NCBI GenBank assembly: GCA_003208875.1
Contig: QCUR01000001.1
Coordinates: 160,001-224,000 of the forward strand
DNA from: Prochlorococcus sp. AG-679-M23
Lineage (GTDB): Bacteria > Cyanobacteriota > Cyanobacteriia > PCC-6307 > Cyanobiaceae
Direction of reading: 5' to 3'
Length of the DNA stretch: 64,000 bases
In this document: positions 34,647 through 46,366 of the stretch, one piece after another
Numbering within the stretch: position 1 is the first letter of the stretch
Layout of the letters: each line of letters opens with the position of its first letter
Notes under the pieces: generated by a model
Database searches by the model: none
The model's input: the letters and a program-made list of their open reading frames with translations, nothing else
What the model was told of the DNA's origin: nothing
Position numbers and translations under genes: made by a program

Positions 34647-35369
34647 TTAAGTATTAATATTCTCTATTATCCAATATTTTTGATTTTTAGGAATCAATCT
34701 CCAATTACGCCATTCAAACAATTCATATTTTTGAATGAGTACATAACTTTCTTCTCCAAGTAATTCATTCAATTCACTAGAATTTAAAAAATATTTTTTT
34801 TCAGCAAATTTTTCAAGTAATTCATTTTTGGAAAATAATTTTTGAATTTTACTAGGTTCTTTTTTATTTGAAAAGTCTATTGCTTTAAATGATTTTTTGA
34901 CTTCACCAACTAGAGGTATTCCTTTGCTATAACTTGTAGCAATTAAATCTACTCTCTCATTCTGTTTATCCCCACTATGACCTTTTACGAATTCCATCAC
35001 TAGGCCTTTAATTCTTAAATCATCTATTTTTTGCCATAAATCCAAATTTTGAACAGATTTACCTGCACTTGTTTTCCATCCATTTCTCTTCCAATTGATG
35101 ATCCATTTTGTATATCCCTCAATAACATATTTACTATCTGTTCTTAATTTAAAGTTTTCTTTTAATTGAAAAGTTTTTAACTTTTCGAGTGTTTTAATAG
35201 CTGCAGTGAGTTCCATCCTATTGTTAGTGGTATTTTCTTCTGAACCACCTATTTCTATTTCACTATTATCATTAAATATTATTAATCCTCCCCATCCACC
35301 TGGACCGGGATTTCCACTGCAAGCACCATCTGTTGCAGCTTCAATTGCAATATTTTGTTGACTATTCAT
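34647..35369 (-). CDS. rnhA: Ribonuclease HI with C-terminal extension
   Basis: TDGACSGNPGPGGWG, TTNNRMEL, TDSKY, VKGHSG, NERVD. Confidence 0.95.
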   Translation of the reverse strand: MNSQQNIAIEAATDGACSGNPGPGGWGGLIIFNDNSEIEIGGSEENTTNNRMELTAAIKTLEKLKTFQLKENFKLRTDSKYVIEGYTKWIINWKRNGWKTSAGKSVQNLDLWQKIDDLRIKGLVMEFVKGHSGDKQNERVDLIATSYSKGIPLVGEVKKSFKAIDFSNKKEPSKIQKLFSKNELLEKFAEKKYFLNSSELNELLGEESYVLIQKYELFEWRNWRLIPKNQKYWIIENINT

Positions 35370-35377
35370 GATTTTAA

Positions 35378-35400
35378 AGCCGATATTAGATATATCGGCT
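35378..35400 (-). terminator. Stem-loop downstream of rplL (terminator or transcript-end stabiliser)
   Basis: 9-bp inverted repeat AGCCGATAT...ATATCGGCT; only a short U tail on the minus strand. Confidence 0.55.
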
Positions 35401-35415
35401 AGAAAAATTTCTTCT

Positions 35416-35811
35416 CTATTTTAGTGTAACTTTACCGCCAGCTTCTTCAATCTCTTTCTTTAAAGTTTCAGCATCTGCTTTCGCAATACCTTCTTTAACT
35501 GTCTTTGGCGCGGATTCAACAAGTGCTTTTGCATCGCCTAGACCAAGACCAGTAGCATTTCTTACAACTTTAAGGACTTTGATTTTAGCCGCTGCGTCGA
35601 AGCTTTCTAGAATTACATCGAATTCAGTTTTCTCTTCAGCTGCTTCGCCGCCTCCATCTCCACCACCAGCTCCTGGAGCTGCCATTACTACACCAGCGGA
35701 TGCAGCTGCGGAGACACCAAATGCCTCTTCAATTTGTTTAACAAGCTCAGATGCTTCTAAAAGTGAGAGAGATTTCAATGATTCGAGAATTTCTTCAGTT
35801 TTTGCAGTCAT
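35416..35811 (-). CDS. rplL: 50S ribosomal protein L7/L12
   Basis: [35 protein letters not shown]. Confidence 0.98.
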   Translation of the reverse strand: MTAKTEEILESLKSLSLLEASELVKQIEEAFGVSAAASAGVVMAAPGAGGGDGGGEAAEEKTEFDVILESFDAAAKIKVLKVVRNATGLGLGDAKALVESAPKTVKEGIAKADAETLKKEIEEAGGKVTLK

Positions 35812-35839
35812 TTTCTTAATAGATAATTAATTTTGAAGT

Positions 35840-36367
35840 TTAAGATTCTGATTTTTCAGAATGTTGTTTAAGTGATCTAGCAAGTCCAGAAGGCACTTCA
35901 TTGATAGAAATAGCAATTTTTGTAGCAACACCATTTAATGCGCCGGCAATTTTTGCCATTAATACCTCTCTCGAAGGAAGACTTGCGATTTCTTTTATTT
36001 CAGATTCGCTGAGAAGTCTACCCTCGAATAAAGCTCCTTTGGTTTCGGATTTTTTTGTCTCTTTCTGAAAAGATTGAATTGCTTTTACAGCGCCTCCAAC
36101 ATCTTCTTTGATTAAAACAAAAGCATTAGTCCCTGTTAGTAAGGATTCAAGATCAGACCAATTACTATTACCATCAATTGCTTTACGCATTAATGAGTTT
36201 TTAGTAACTTTGCAAATGCCATTATTTGTTTGCAATCTTGATCGCAAATCAGACATCTCCTTGATAGTTAAACCTTTATAGTCAAGAACTACAGCCATTT
36301 CCGAATCATCTAACAGAGATTTTATTTCTGTGACGATTTTTTGCTTATTCTCTATTGTTCGGCCCAT
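35840..36367 (-). CDS. rplJ: 50S ribosomal protein L10
   Basis: [22 protein letters not shown]; position between rplA and rplL. Confidence 0.97.
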   Translation of the reverse strand: MGRTIENKQKIVTEIKSLLDDSEMAVVLDYKGLTIKEMSDLRSRLQTNNGICKVTKNSLMRKAIDGNSNWSDLESLLTGTNAFVLIKEDVGGAVKAIQSFQKETKKSETKGALFEGRLLSESEIKEIASLPSREVLMAKIAGALNGVATKIAISINEVPSGLARSLKQHSEKSES

Positions 36368-36530
36368 TGTTGTTTTTGGATCGTAATTTAGGAAGAGCAG
36401 GAAATGCGGTAAAGTCCATTTCTGAAAGAGGCCGCACTTATTAGATCCAAAAAGAAAATAATTAAGACGAAACCTCGGCAGGATTTAAAGATTTAGCCGG
36501 AACTAAATCAACCTACTTTCTTTGGCCGTA
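36368..36530 (-). ncRNA. Ribosomal protein L10 leader (cis-regulatory RNA); ends approximate
   Basis: Minus strand CCAAAGAAAGTAGG-[GATTTAG..CTAAATC hairpin]-TTTAAAT-CCTGCCGAGGT upstream of rplJ resembles the L10-leader core. Confidence 0.8.
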
Positions 36531-36559
36531 TTATTGCCTTAAAATTATACTACAGAGCG

Positions 36560-37267
36560 TTAACTTTCAGGTTGATAATCTTGCAAGGCATTTATGTCGA
36601 CTTGAACTGAAGGTCCCATAGTTGAAGTTACATAAAAACTTCTCCAATACTTACCCTTCGCACCACTAGGTTTGTTTTTATCAATAGATTCTTGTAATGT
36701 CTTTAAGTTTTCAAATAAGGCATTTTCGGTAAAGCTAGCTTTACCAAAGCGAACATGCACAATGCCAGCTTTATCTGCTCTAAATTCTAGTTTACCCGCT
36801 TTAAATTCTTTTATTGCACTAGCTATATCACCAGTTACAGTACCCGCTTTTGGATTTGGCATTAACCCCCTTGGACCTAAAACTCTTCCAAGTTTTGCTA
36901 CTTTTGGCATCATATCAGGAGTAGCAATAAGCAAATCAAAATCCATATTGCCTTTATTAATGCTTTCTACAAGATCTTCTTCTCCAAAAAGATCTGCTCC
37001 TGCAGATTTGGCTTTTGCTACATTCTCACCACTTGTTATAACAGCGATTTTAATACTTTGGCCAGTTCCATTTGGTAGACCTACGGTTGTTCTTAGCTGT
37101 TGATCTGTATATTTAGGATCAATTCCCAACCGAATATGGGCTTCAATAGTCTCATCAAATTTTGCATTTGCATTTTCCTTGACAATGCCTAAGGCTTCAA
37201 GGGGAGCATACGTGCGATCTTCTATCTTTGTTGATAGAGCTGTCATTCTTTTGGATAGTTTTTTCAT
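36560..37267 (-). CDS. rplA: 50S ribosomal protein L1
   Basis: [35 protein letters not shown]. Confidence 0.98.
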   Translation of the reverse strand: MKKLSKRMTALSTKIEDRTYAPLEALGIVKENANAKFDETIEAHIRLGIDPKYTDQQLRTTVGLPNGTGQSIKIAVITSGENVAKAKSAGADLFGEEDLVESINKGNMDFDLLIATPDMMPKVAKLGRVLGPRGLMPNPKAGTVTGDIASAIKEFKAGKLEFRADKAGIVHVRFGKASFTENALFENLKTLQESIDKNKPSGAKGKYWRSFYVTSTMGPSVQVDINALQDYQPES

Positions 37268-37276
37268 AATATATTT

Positions 37277-37307
37277 GGGTTCAAACGGTTAAATAATTAA
37301 CCTCCCC
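37277..37307 (-). promoter_or_regulatory. Putative L1-binding translational operator directly upstream of rplA
   Basis: Minus strand GGGGAG-GTTAATTATTTAAC-CGTTTGAACCC: GGG/CCC outer helix, asymmetric internal loop and inner hairpin, like the L1 mRNA site; ends 9 nt before the ATG. Confidence 0.7.
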
Positions 37308-37333
37308 TAAAAAGTGAATGTTTGAGATTGAAT

Positions 37334-37759
37334 TTATTCTGTAATAGAAACGCCCATGTTTCTAGCCGTTCCCTCAATTACCTTCATAGCTGATTCAATA
37401 CTCGTACAGTTTAAATCAGGAAGCTTTGTTTTGGCTATCTCCTCTAATTGAGATTTACTTATATTACCCACAGATCCTTTGGAAGACTCACCAGCTCCTT
37501 TTTCTATTCCAGCGGCTTTAGTTATTAAGACTGAAGCAGGCGGAGTTTTAGTTATAAAGGTAAAGCTTCTATCTTCAAAAACGGAAATTTCAACGGGAAT
37601 AACAAAACCGGCTTTATCTTGTGTTCTTGCATTATATTCTTTGCAAAATGCCATGATATTTACACCGTGTTGACCTAAAGCTGGACCCACTGGTGGGGCT
37701 GGATTTGCTTTGCCAGCTTGAAGTGCTAGTTTGATAACCGCAACAATTTTTTTTGCCAT
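37334..37759 (-). CDS. rplK: 50S ribosomal protein L11
   Basis: [35 protein letters not shown]. Confidence 0.98.
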   Translation of the reverse strand: MAKKIVAVIKLALQAGKANPAPPVGPALGQHGVNIMAFCKEYNARTQDKAGFVIPVEISVFEDRSFTFITKTPPASVLITKAAGIEKGAGESSKGSVGNISKSQLEEIAKTKLPDLNCTSIESAMKVIEGTARNMGVSITE

Positions 37760-37817
37760 TGTATTTTTGAATTTAAACTGAGGTTAAAATGTTTTACTCG
37801 ATAAACAGAAATAATAA

Positions 37818-38429
37818 TTAATTTTGTTTATTGATTTGGGAGAATTCTAATTCTACAGGAGTTTCGCGCCCAAATATTGAAAGTAATGCTTTTAATTTAT
37901 TTCTTTCACCAGAAACTTCTATAACTTCACCCTGGAAATCTTTAAAAGGTCCACTGGTAACGATAATTCTATCTTTTTCCTCAAGATCTAATTTTATTAC
38001 AGCTTTCTTCTCCGAGGCGCGCTTAAATATTCTATTTACCTCTTGCCTGGATAAAGGTCGAGGTTTAATATGTCCTCGTGATCTACCGCTGCCTCTTCCA
38101 TCTTCCGCTCCAACAAAATTAATAACATTGGGAGTACTTTTTACAGCCATCATTGTATCTTCATCCAGAATCATCCTAACCAATACGTAACCAGGGAAAA
38201 CTTTTTCCTCTGTAGTTTGTCTGGAACCATCTTTCTTAAGTTTGATACCTGGAGTTTGAGGGATTTCAATCTCTATAATTCGATTATTAACACCTAAAGT
38301 TACTGACCTTTGCTCGAGAGTGGCTTTTACTTTCTTTTCACAGCTTGATGCAACTTGAACCGCATACCATCTAGCAACACTAGTATTAGCCTTTTGAGAA
38401 CTAAGATTTGTTGTTAATTCATTACTCAT
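37818..38429 (-). CDS. nusG: Transcription elongation factor NusG
   Basis: WYAVQV, FPGYVLV, KOW motif SGPFKDFQG, IFGRETPVEL. Confidence 0.97.
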   Translation of the reverse strand: MSNELTTNLSSQKANTSVARWYAVQVASSCEKKVKATLEQRSVTLGVNNRIIEIEIPQTPGIKLKKDGSRQTTEEKVFPGYVLVRMILDEDTMMAVKSTPNVINFVGAEDGRGSGRSRGHIKPRPLSRQEVNRIFKRASEKKAVIKLDLEEKDRIIVTSGPFKDFQGEVIEVSGERNKLKALLSIFGRETPVELEFSQINKQN

Positions 38430-38503
38430 TTTTCTTTCTTTGGAAACTGGATAAATGATTTTTAAAAATTATAGGATTGAATCTATATTTAAAAATTTTT
38501 AAT

Positions 38504-38743
38504 TTAACGGAAAATTTGTGATGCAGCCCATCCATAAAACCTACTTACAGATGCAATTGCTGCAGCCGAAAAGGATACCATAATGATAACAGCAATAGAT
38601 TCGCTAAATAACTGTTGTTTGTTAGGCCACACAACTAGTTTGAGTTCATCGAATGTAGAAGTAAAAAAATTCTTCTTTTTCTTCGGCTCTTTTATTTCAG
38701 AAGGCTCTTTTTGAAGAGGTTCTTGATTAGTAGGACTTGTCAC
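38504..38743 (-). CDS. secE: Preprotein translocase subunit SecE
   Basis: ELKLVVWP followed by a TM helix; upstream of nusG. Confidence 0.94.
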   Translation of the reverse strand: MTSPTNQEPLQKEPSEIKEPKKKKNFFTSTFDELKLVVWPNKQQLFSESIAVIIMVSFSAAAIASVSRFYGWAASQIFR

Positions 38744-38805
38744 AAAATTTTAATTTAGTTTAAGCTTAAAAAACTTAAAATTATTTTAGCTCATCGTTTT
38801 ACTCA

Positions 38806-41565
38806 TCAGCTAGGTTTAAATAAAATCTCATCTTTTTTTGAAGGGCTAATTTTTACAGATATATTTTTTTTATTTTTAAAATTATCTTCTAATAGTTTTG
38901 ATGCTAATGGATTTTCTATTTGTCTTCTAAGTTCTCTTCCTAATGGCCTAGCACCATATTCAGGCTGGTAGGAATCATTAGCAATCTTTTGTATAACTCT
39001 TTTATCAATATTAATTTTTATCCCCTGTTCAAGTAATAATTTTTTTAAATCTTCTATTTGTAAAAGAATTATTTTTTGTAGTTGATCAATTGATAGGGTA
39101 TCAAACTTTACTATTTCATCGATTCTGTTTAAAAATTCGGGTCTAAAAATAGAGGATAATGATTTATTAATAGAATCTTGTAAGGTTTGTTTTCTTAGTT
39201 CGGAATTTTCTTTTTGATTTGGAACTATTTTTGAATCTTCTAATATTATTTTTCCAGCTAAATTGCTAGTCATTATTATAACTGTATTTTTAAAGTCAAC
39301 AGTTCTTCCTTGAGAATCCGTTAATCTTCCTTCATCTAAAACTTGTAGGAGGATATTGAAAACTTCTGAATGCGCTTTTTCGATCTCATCAAGGAGAATT
39401 ACAGAATAAGGTTTTCTCCTAACTGCTTCAGTTAATTGCCCTCCCTCTTCGTAGCCAACATAACCTGGAGGAGCTCCTAAAAGTCTTGCGACAGCATTTT
39501 TCTCCATATATTCACTCATATCAAGCCTTAATAAAGCTTCTTCTTCATCAAATAATGATGATGCCAAAGATTTTGCTAATTCTGTCTTGCCAACTCCTGT
39601 CGGACCCATAAATAAGAATGATCCAATTGGTCTTTTAGGATTCTTCATTCCAACTCTCGCTCTTCGTATCGCAGAAGAAACAGCTTCAATAGCTTTTTCT
39701 TGTCCAATAACTTTTTCACTTATTTCTAACTCCAAGTTAACTAATTTTTTTCGTTCATTAGAAACTACTTTGGCAATAGGAATCCCAGTTATTTTTGAAA
39801 TAACATCGGCAATATCATCAGGTTCAACTTGATATTTAAAATTATATTTCCTATTTCTTTGAAGTTTCTGGCAACTTATCTCAACATTTTTTATTTCACT
39901 TTCAATTTCATTTAGTTCTGATTCTAGATTATTAAGACTATCAAAATTATCTATTTCGTCACTATGAATGTTTAATTCTTCGATTTTCAGAATTAGCCTA
40001 TTCTCTTCTTTTAACAAAAAAGTTAATTGTTCAATTTTTTTTCGATCATTATCCCAATCATTAGTAATTTCATACAATTTCTTTATAGATAATTCTTTGC
40101 TTACTAATAATTGTTCTCTTTCTTCAATATTTTCGGGTAGGATATTTTTCAACTTAAGTTCAATAGTATCGATATTTTTTTCTTGATCGATAATTGTTTT
40201 GGGTTTTATATTAGATTCAATTTTTAATTGAGCTGCTGCTTCATCTATTAAATCTATTGCTTTATCTGGAAGACACTTATCGCTTATATATCTATCTGCA
40301 AGTCTCGCAGAACAATTAATTGCTTCTTCTGTAATTCTAATACCATGATGTAATTCATATTTCTTTTTTATACCTTGTAAAATTTTTGCACTTAACTCAA
40401 CTGATGGTTCATTAACTAATATCTTTTGAAAACAATTATTTAGAGACTGATCTTTTTCAATACTTTCGCGAAATTTTTCAGGTGTTGTTGTTCCTATACA
40501 TCTCAGCTCACCTTCGGTAAGTAAAGGTTTTAAAATGTTGCTTATATCTGTTGTAGTTCTATCAGAAGTGATTATTGTATGGATTTCATCAATAAATAAA
40601 ATAATGCCTTGATTAGAGTCTTTGATTTCATTAAGTATTAAGCTTAGTCTTTCCTCTAATTGACCTCTAAACTTTGTTCCAGAAACTAATGCTCCCAAGT
40701 CAAGAGAAATAATTTTTAAGTTTTTTAACAAATCAGGAACTTTTTTTTCTGCTATCAATTGAGCAAGTAATTTAGCAATAGAAGTTTTGCCAACGCCTGG
40801 ATGACCAATGAGGATTGGATTATTTTTGCTTCGTCTAGATAAAACTCTCATTAAGTTATTAATCTCATCCCCACGTCCTATTACTGGATCTAGCAAACCT
40901 TTCTCGGCAGATTCTGTTAAATCTTTTCCGTAAAGAGACAGTGCATTCTCTTCGATTTTTTGCTTGGTTTTAGTTATAAGATTACTTTTCGGTGAAGGGA
41001 TGTTGGCTTTTGATTCCTTTATTACCTCCTCCTTATCACTTTCATCAATAGATTTATTGATTAAAGTCTTATCTTCATAAGAAATATCTTTTTTATTTTC
41101 TGTGTAATTTTTTCTTTGAATAATATTTGGGGAAAATTTTAATTCTTCTTCTAATTGTTCTACTGAAAGGTACCCCTCTTGAAAAACATAATTACCTATT
41201 CTTGAATCATTACCTAAAGCAATTAACAAATGAGGAATCTCTATTAATTTAGAACCCCACTGTGTTTTGATTTGATTTGCATTGTCTAATAAAATTTCGA
41301 GCTCTTCACCAATAGTAAAAATATCTGAATCATTTATTGGGGTTTCTTCTAAAAATTCTTCAGTTATGTCTAGAACTATATTTTGATCTACTGATAACTT
41401 TTCTATAAATGAAAAAAATTCACTTGAGGTAAACAAAGTATGAATAATATGTTCAATATTAAATTCACTATGGTCCCATTTTTTTGCAGTTTCTTCTCCC
41501 AATAAAAGAAGATTCCAACTTATATCACTAAAAAGATCTGGATTTGAGGTAAGAGTTTCTCTCAT
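38806..41565 (-). CDS. clpB: ClpB-family AAA+ chaperone (divergent ClpB2 type)
   Basis: Two NBDs (GHPGVGKT/DEIH; GPTGVGKT/DEIEKAH), coiled-coil middle domain, GYVGYEEGG, RPEFLNRID, GARPL. Confidence 0.9.
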   Translation of the reverse strand: MRETLTSNPDLFSDISWNLLLLGEETAKKWDHSEFNIEHIIHTLFTSSEFFSFIEKLSVDQNIVLDITEEFLEETPINDSDIFTIGEELEILLDNANQIKTQWGSKLIEIPHLLIALGNDSRIGNYVFQEGYLSVEQLEEELKFSPNIIQRKNYTENKKDISYEDKTLINKSIDESDKEEVIKESKANIPSPKSNLITKTKQKIEENALSLYGKDLTESAEKGLLDPVIGRGDEINNLMRVLSRRSKNNPILIGHPGVGKTSIAKLLAQLIAEKKVPDLLKNLKIISLDLGALVSGTKFRGQLEERLSLILNEIKDSNQGIILFIDEIHTIITSDRTTTDISNILKPLLTEGELRCIGTTTPEKFRESIEKDQSLNNCFQKILVNEPSVELSAKILQGIKKKYELHHGIRITEEAINCSARLADRYISDKCLPDKAIDLIDEAAAQLKIESNIKPKTIIDQEKNIDTIELKLKNILPENIEEREQLLVSKELSIKKLYEITNDWDNDRKKIEQLTFLLKEENRLILKIEELNIHSDEIDNFDSLNNLESELNEIESEIKNVEISCQKLQRNRKYNFKYQVEPDDIADVISKITGIPIAKVVSNERKKLVNLELEISEKVIGQEKAIEAVSSAIRRARVGMKNPKRPIGSFLFMGPTGVGKTELAKSLASSLFDEEEALLRLDMSEYMEKNAVARLLGAPPGYVGYEEGGQLTEAVRRKPYSVILLDEIEKAHSEVFNILLQVLDEGRLTDSQGRTVDFKNTVIIMTSNLAGKIILEDSKIVPNQKENSELRKQTLQDSINKSLSSIFRPEFLNRIDEIVKFDTLSIDQLQKIILLQIEDLKKLLLEQGIKINIDKRVIQKIANDSYQPEYGARPLGRELRRQIENPLASKLLEDNFKNKKNISVKISPSKKDEILFKPS

Positions 41566-41848
41566 AAACTATATACAATTTATGCTTGATAATTTATTTT
41601 TATTTTAATTAAGAATAGCTTAATGATCATTTAGAACTTCGTATAATTATAGGATATAATTAAAAAAAATTTCATATAATAATTAGATTTTTTAGTTTGG
41701 TTGGAGAATTTTCATGATTACTAGATAATTAGTAAGTGGTTTAAGCACTTGTTTTGAAATCAAAAAAAATTATTTGATTATCTTCTTTATATTTCAGATA
41801 TTAGCCAAATACTTCAGCTATTTATAGGATTTAAATAGTATTAATTAA

Positions 41849-43144
<1,296 letters not shown>

Positions 43145-43147
43145 TTT

Positions 43148-44815
43148 TTATTGCTTCAGCTTTTCTATTCTTGAACCTTTTCTCATGCTTAATTGACACT
43201 TAATCCAATCAATACTTATTGGTGCTGCAAAAATTAAAGGTAAGACCGCAAAATTATTTTGGTTATTAGTTACTAGTAAAGCTGATGATATGGTTAAGCT
43301 TCCTATAAGAATAGAATGACCTAATGATTTTTGCGCAGTAAACATTTTCTTAAATTGCCTATCAGATTCGCCCATCCTTATTTGAAGTTGTAAATCACCC
43401 TGTTCTAATCTCTCTAAACTCTCATCAATTCTTTTTGGTATACCTACAGCCTTTGAACCTAACTCTCCTACTTGCCTACCAAATTGGTTAATTAAATCAT
43501 TAGGTGTTTGATTGTTAGAAGTCATTAAATCAATTAGATAAGGCTTAGTTATTGATACAAGGTTAAACCCTGGATCTAACATTCTACCAACACCTTCAAA
43601 AGTTGATAGTGCTCTCATTACAAATATTAAATCAACTGGAAGCTGAAAAGGAGTTTCATAAACAAGTTCGTATAAGTCCCCAGATAGTTTTTCAATGATA
43701 TTTGGGCTGAATGGTGGAGTTAAAGCTTCTTTCAGCATTAATCTAACTAATCTTCTAACTGGACCTACATCTATATCTTTAGAAATCAAGCCCGCTTGCT
43801 GGAGTTGAGTTACTAGTGATGATGCATCTCTTAATGCTGCAGATTGAACCATAGATCCTAAGCTTGCTTGTAGACTATTTGAAATATTGCCCATCATCCC
43901 AAAATCATAAAAGATTAATTTGCCTGAATTTGAAACGGCTAAGTTACCTGGATGAGGATCAGCATGAAAAAAACCATAATTTACCAGCTGTTTTAAATAG
44001 CTAACTGCACCTATTTCTGCAATCTTTGATAAGTCAATATTCTTAGATTTTAAATTTTCAACATCACTTATTTTTGTACCTTCTAAATAACTTAAACAAA
44101 GAACTTTTTCAGTGCTCAAGTTCCAAATTACCTCAGGAACTTCCACATTTTCATCATCAAGAAATTGTTGCCTAAATCTTGCGGCATATTGAGCTTCACA
44201 TTTGAAATCTAGTTCTTTCATAAGAACTTTTCTACACTCTTTTGCTATTGCAACCCAATTCCTTCCTCGACTCCAGTTCTTATTTTTTTGAATTATGAAA
44301 GCAATTTGTTGCATTATATTCAAATCGATTGTGAACAAATTCTTCAGATTAGGTCTTTGAACTTTAAATACAACTTCTTTCCCATCTTTTAAAGTTGCTT
44401 TATGAACCTGAGCTAAAGAAGCTGATCCAATTGGAGTAGAAGTAATTTGGTTGATTTCTGAGAACTTATGTCCTAATTCTTTTTGGATAATTTCTTCAAC
44501 TTTCGTATATGAGAACTGAGGAACTTGATCTTGTAACTTTGATAATTCTTGTATCCAAGTATTCGGAATTAAATCAGGCCTCGCAGATAATAGCTGACCA
44601 ATTTTGATAAAAGCAGAACCAAGTTCAATTAATTGATTAGTAAACCACTTAGCTCTTTTTATTTGAATTTTATTTTTTTTATCTCTATTAGTTCGAAAAA
44701 TTTTAAATATTAAATTGTCTAGCCATAAATTAACCAAAAGTGAAATAAGTATTCTCCAAATAAGAAATCCTCTTTTGATTTTCTTTATTCGATTTTTTAA
44801 TTTATGATTACTCAT
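43148..44815 (-). CDS. ABC1/AarF/UbiB atypical kinase
   Basis: FIKIGQ, ASLAQVHKA, KVQRP, HADPHPGN, DFGM. Confidence 0.93.
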   Translation of the reverse strand: MSNHKLKNRIKKIKRGFLIWRILISLLVNLWLDNLIFKIFRTNRDKKNKIQIKRAKWFTNQLIELGSAFIKIGQLLSARPDLIPNTWIQELSKLQDQVPQFSYTKVEEIIQKELGHKFSEINQITSTPIGSASLAQVHKATLKDGKEVVFKVQRPNLKNLFTIDLNIMQQIAFIIQKNKNWSRGRNWVAIAKECRKVLMKELDFKCEAQYAARFRQQFLDDENVEVPEVIWNLSTEKVLCLSYLEGTKISDVENLKSKNIDLSKIAEIGAVSYLKQLVNYGFFHADPHPGNLAVSNSGKLIFYDFGMMGNISNSLQASLGSMVQSAALRDASSLVTQLQQAGLISKDIDVGPVRRLVRLMLKEALTPPFSPNIIEKLSGDLYELVYETPFQLPVDLIFVMRALSTFEGVGRMLDPGFNLVSITKPYLIDLMTSNNQTPNDLINQFGRQVGELGSKAVGIPKRIDESLERLEQGDLQLQIRMGESDRQFKKMFTAQKSLGHSILIGSLTISSALLVTNNQNNFAVLPLIFAAPISIDWIKCQLSMRKGSRIEKLKQ

Positions 44816-45132
44816 TGAATTGTATTATTCATTTTTCTATTAAAGTGATCAATTTTTACTTTAATATCTTCTATTTCTTTTAGAACTGCACTTAAGTGCG
44901 GATCTTCATTAGATTCTGAAGTATCAGAATTTCTACTCTTACTTACTTCATTTTCCATTCTTGCAGCTTCTTCAATAATTGCATCTTTTAGCGTGTCAAA
45001 TTCTTTTTTAATTTTTTCTGGTGCATCTTGAGCAATATTTGAAGCTTCTTCGATTTTTTCTACGACTATTTTGTTTAATTTTTCAGTTACCTTTTTAATA
45101 GCTGCTTTTAAAAGATAATCAGAATTCGTCAT
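44812..45132 (-). CDS. Hypothetical coiled-coil protein translationally coupled to the ABC1 kinase
   Basis: 106-aa helical ORF; its stop overlaps the kinase start (ATGA). Confidence 0.78.
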   Translation of the reverse strand: MTNSDYLLKAAIKKVTEKLNKIVVEKIEEASNIAQDAPEKIKKEFDTLKDAIIEEAARMENEVSKSRNSDTSESNEDPHLSAVLKEIEDIKVKIDHFNRKMNNTIQ

Positions 45133-45387
45133 AAATAATATTTAAAGCCTTAAAGCAATTCACAACTTTAATTTATTTAATCATAGATCAATTGAGAACA
45201 AATCTGTTAATTGATTTCCTTTTTAATTTATCTATTCTTATTTTTCCTATGTAAGTTTGTATCTATATTATGCTTTTTTCTTTTTTATCTCCTAACTTAT
45301 ATTTATGTAAAAAGGTTAGAAATTTTAATAGTATATTTTTCTACCCAAAAACTCATCTAATTATTGATTACAAGGAGTTTTATTAAA

Positions 45388-46344
45388 TTGGAAATTATTG
45401 AGACAGATGTTGCTATTATTGGAGGTGGTCCAGCTGGATGTACCTGTGCATTATATACATCTCGTTCTAACTTAAACACTGTCATAATAGATAAAAATCC
45501 ATCAGTTGGAGCTTTAGCAATAACTCACCAAATTGCAAATTATCCAGGAGTTCCTGTAGATATCAGTGGCGAAAAATTGCTTACATTAATGAGAGAACAA
45601 GCTGTTCAATATGGAACTGACTATAGAAGAGCTCAAGTTTTTGGTATTGATGTGGCAGAAGATTGGAAGACTGTTTATACACCAGAAGGAACTTTTAAAG
45701 CTAAAGCACTTGTACTTGCAAGTGGAGCTATGGGAAGACCTGCTTCTTTTAAAGGAGAAGCGGATTTCTTAGGAAAGGGTGTAAGTTATTGTGCTACATG
45801 TGATGGTGCTTTTTATAAAAATAGAGAAGTTGCAGTTGTTGGTGCTAATAAAGAAGCAATTGAGGAAGCTACTGTTCTTACTAAATTTGCTTCAACGGTA
45901 CATTGGATTACATCCAGTGATCCAAAATCAGATAATGAGGAAGCTATGGAATTAATGGATAGCTCTAATATTAAACACTGGAGTAGAACGAGATTATTAG
46001 AAATAAAAGGGAATGATATGGGAGTTAATGGGGTTGTTGTTAAGAATAAACAAGAAGAAGGGCCTATTAATCTTGATTTAGATGGAGTCTTTGTATACAT
46101 GAGTGGTTCGAAGCCAATCACTGATTTTTTAGGAGATCAAATTGCTTTAAAGGAAGATGGAGGAGTCATTGTTGATGATTTTATGTCTACCAATTCTGAT
46201 GGTGTCTGGGCTATTGGTGATATAAGAAATACACCTTTTAAGCAGGCGGTTGTCGCAGCATCAGATGGATGCATAGCAGCCATGTCTATTGACCGCTACC
46301 TAAATAGTAGAAAAAATATAAGAGTAGATTGGATACACTCTTAA
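45388..46344 (+). CDS. Flavin thioredoxin reductase, non-NADPH (DTR/FFTR-like) type
   Basis: GGGPAG FAD motif, CATC dithiol, AIGD; NADPH motifs degenerate; Trp-containing C-tail. Start placed at TTG 45388 behind AAGGAG (45372-45377). Confidence 0.85.
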   Translation: MEIIETDVAIIGGGPAGCTCALYTSRSNLNTVIIDKNPSVGALAITHQIANYPGVPVDISGEKLLTLMREQAVQYGTDYRRAQVFGIDVAEDWKTVYTPEGTFKAKALVLASGAMGRPASFKGEADFLGKGVSYCATCDGAFYKNREVAVVGANKEAIEEATVLTKFASTVHWITSSDPKSDNEEAMELMDSSNIKHWSRTRLLEIKGNDMGVNGVVVKNKQEEGPINLDLDGVFVYMSGSKPITDFLGDQIALKEDGGVIVDDFMSTNSDGVWAIGDIRNTPFKQAVVAASDGCIAAMSIDRYLNSRKNIRVDWIHS

Positions 46345-46366
46345 AGAGTTTATAAAATAATTAATT

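Noticed and set aside
36672..37103. Long antisense and alternate-frame ORFs in the track (e.g. 1485-1859, 36672-37103, 37831-38190, 45813-46121, 51674-52003, 63017-63448, 57479-57676 and 59428-59625)
   Set aside because: They lie fully inside well-supported conserved genes and have no recognisable motifs; these are shadow ORFs.
41633..41645. AGAACTTCGTATA, a 12/13 match to a loxP arm in the clpB-eno gap
   Set aside because: There is no matching inverted second arm and no recombinase gene nearby; consistent with chance.
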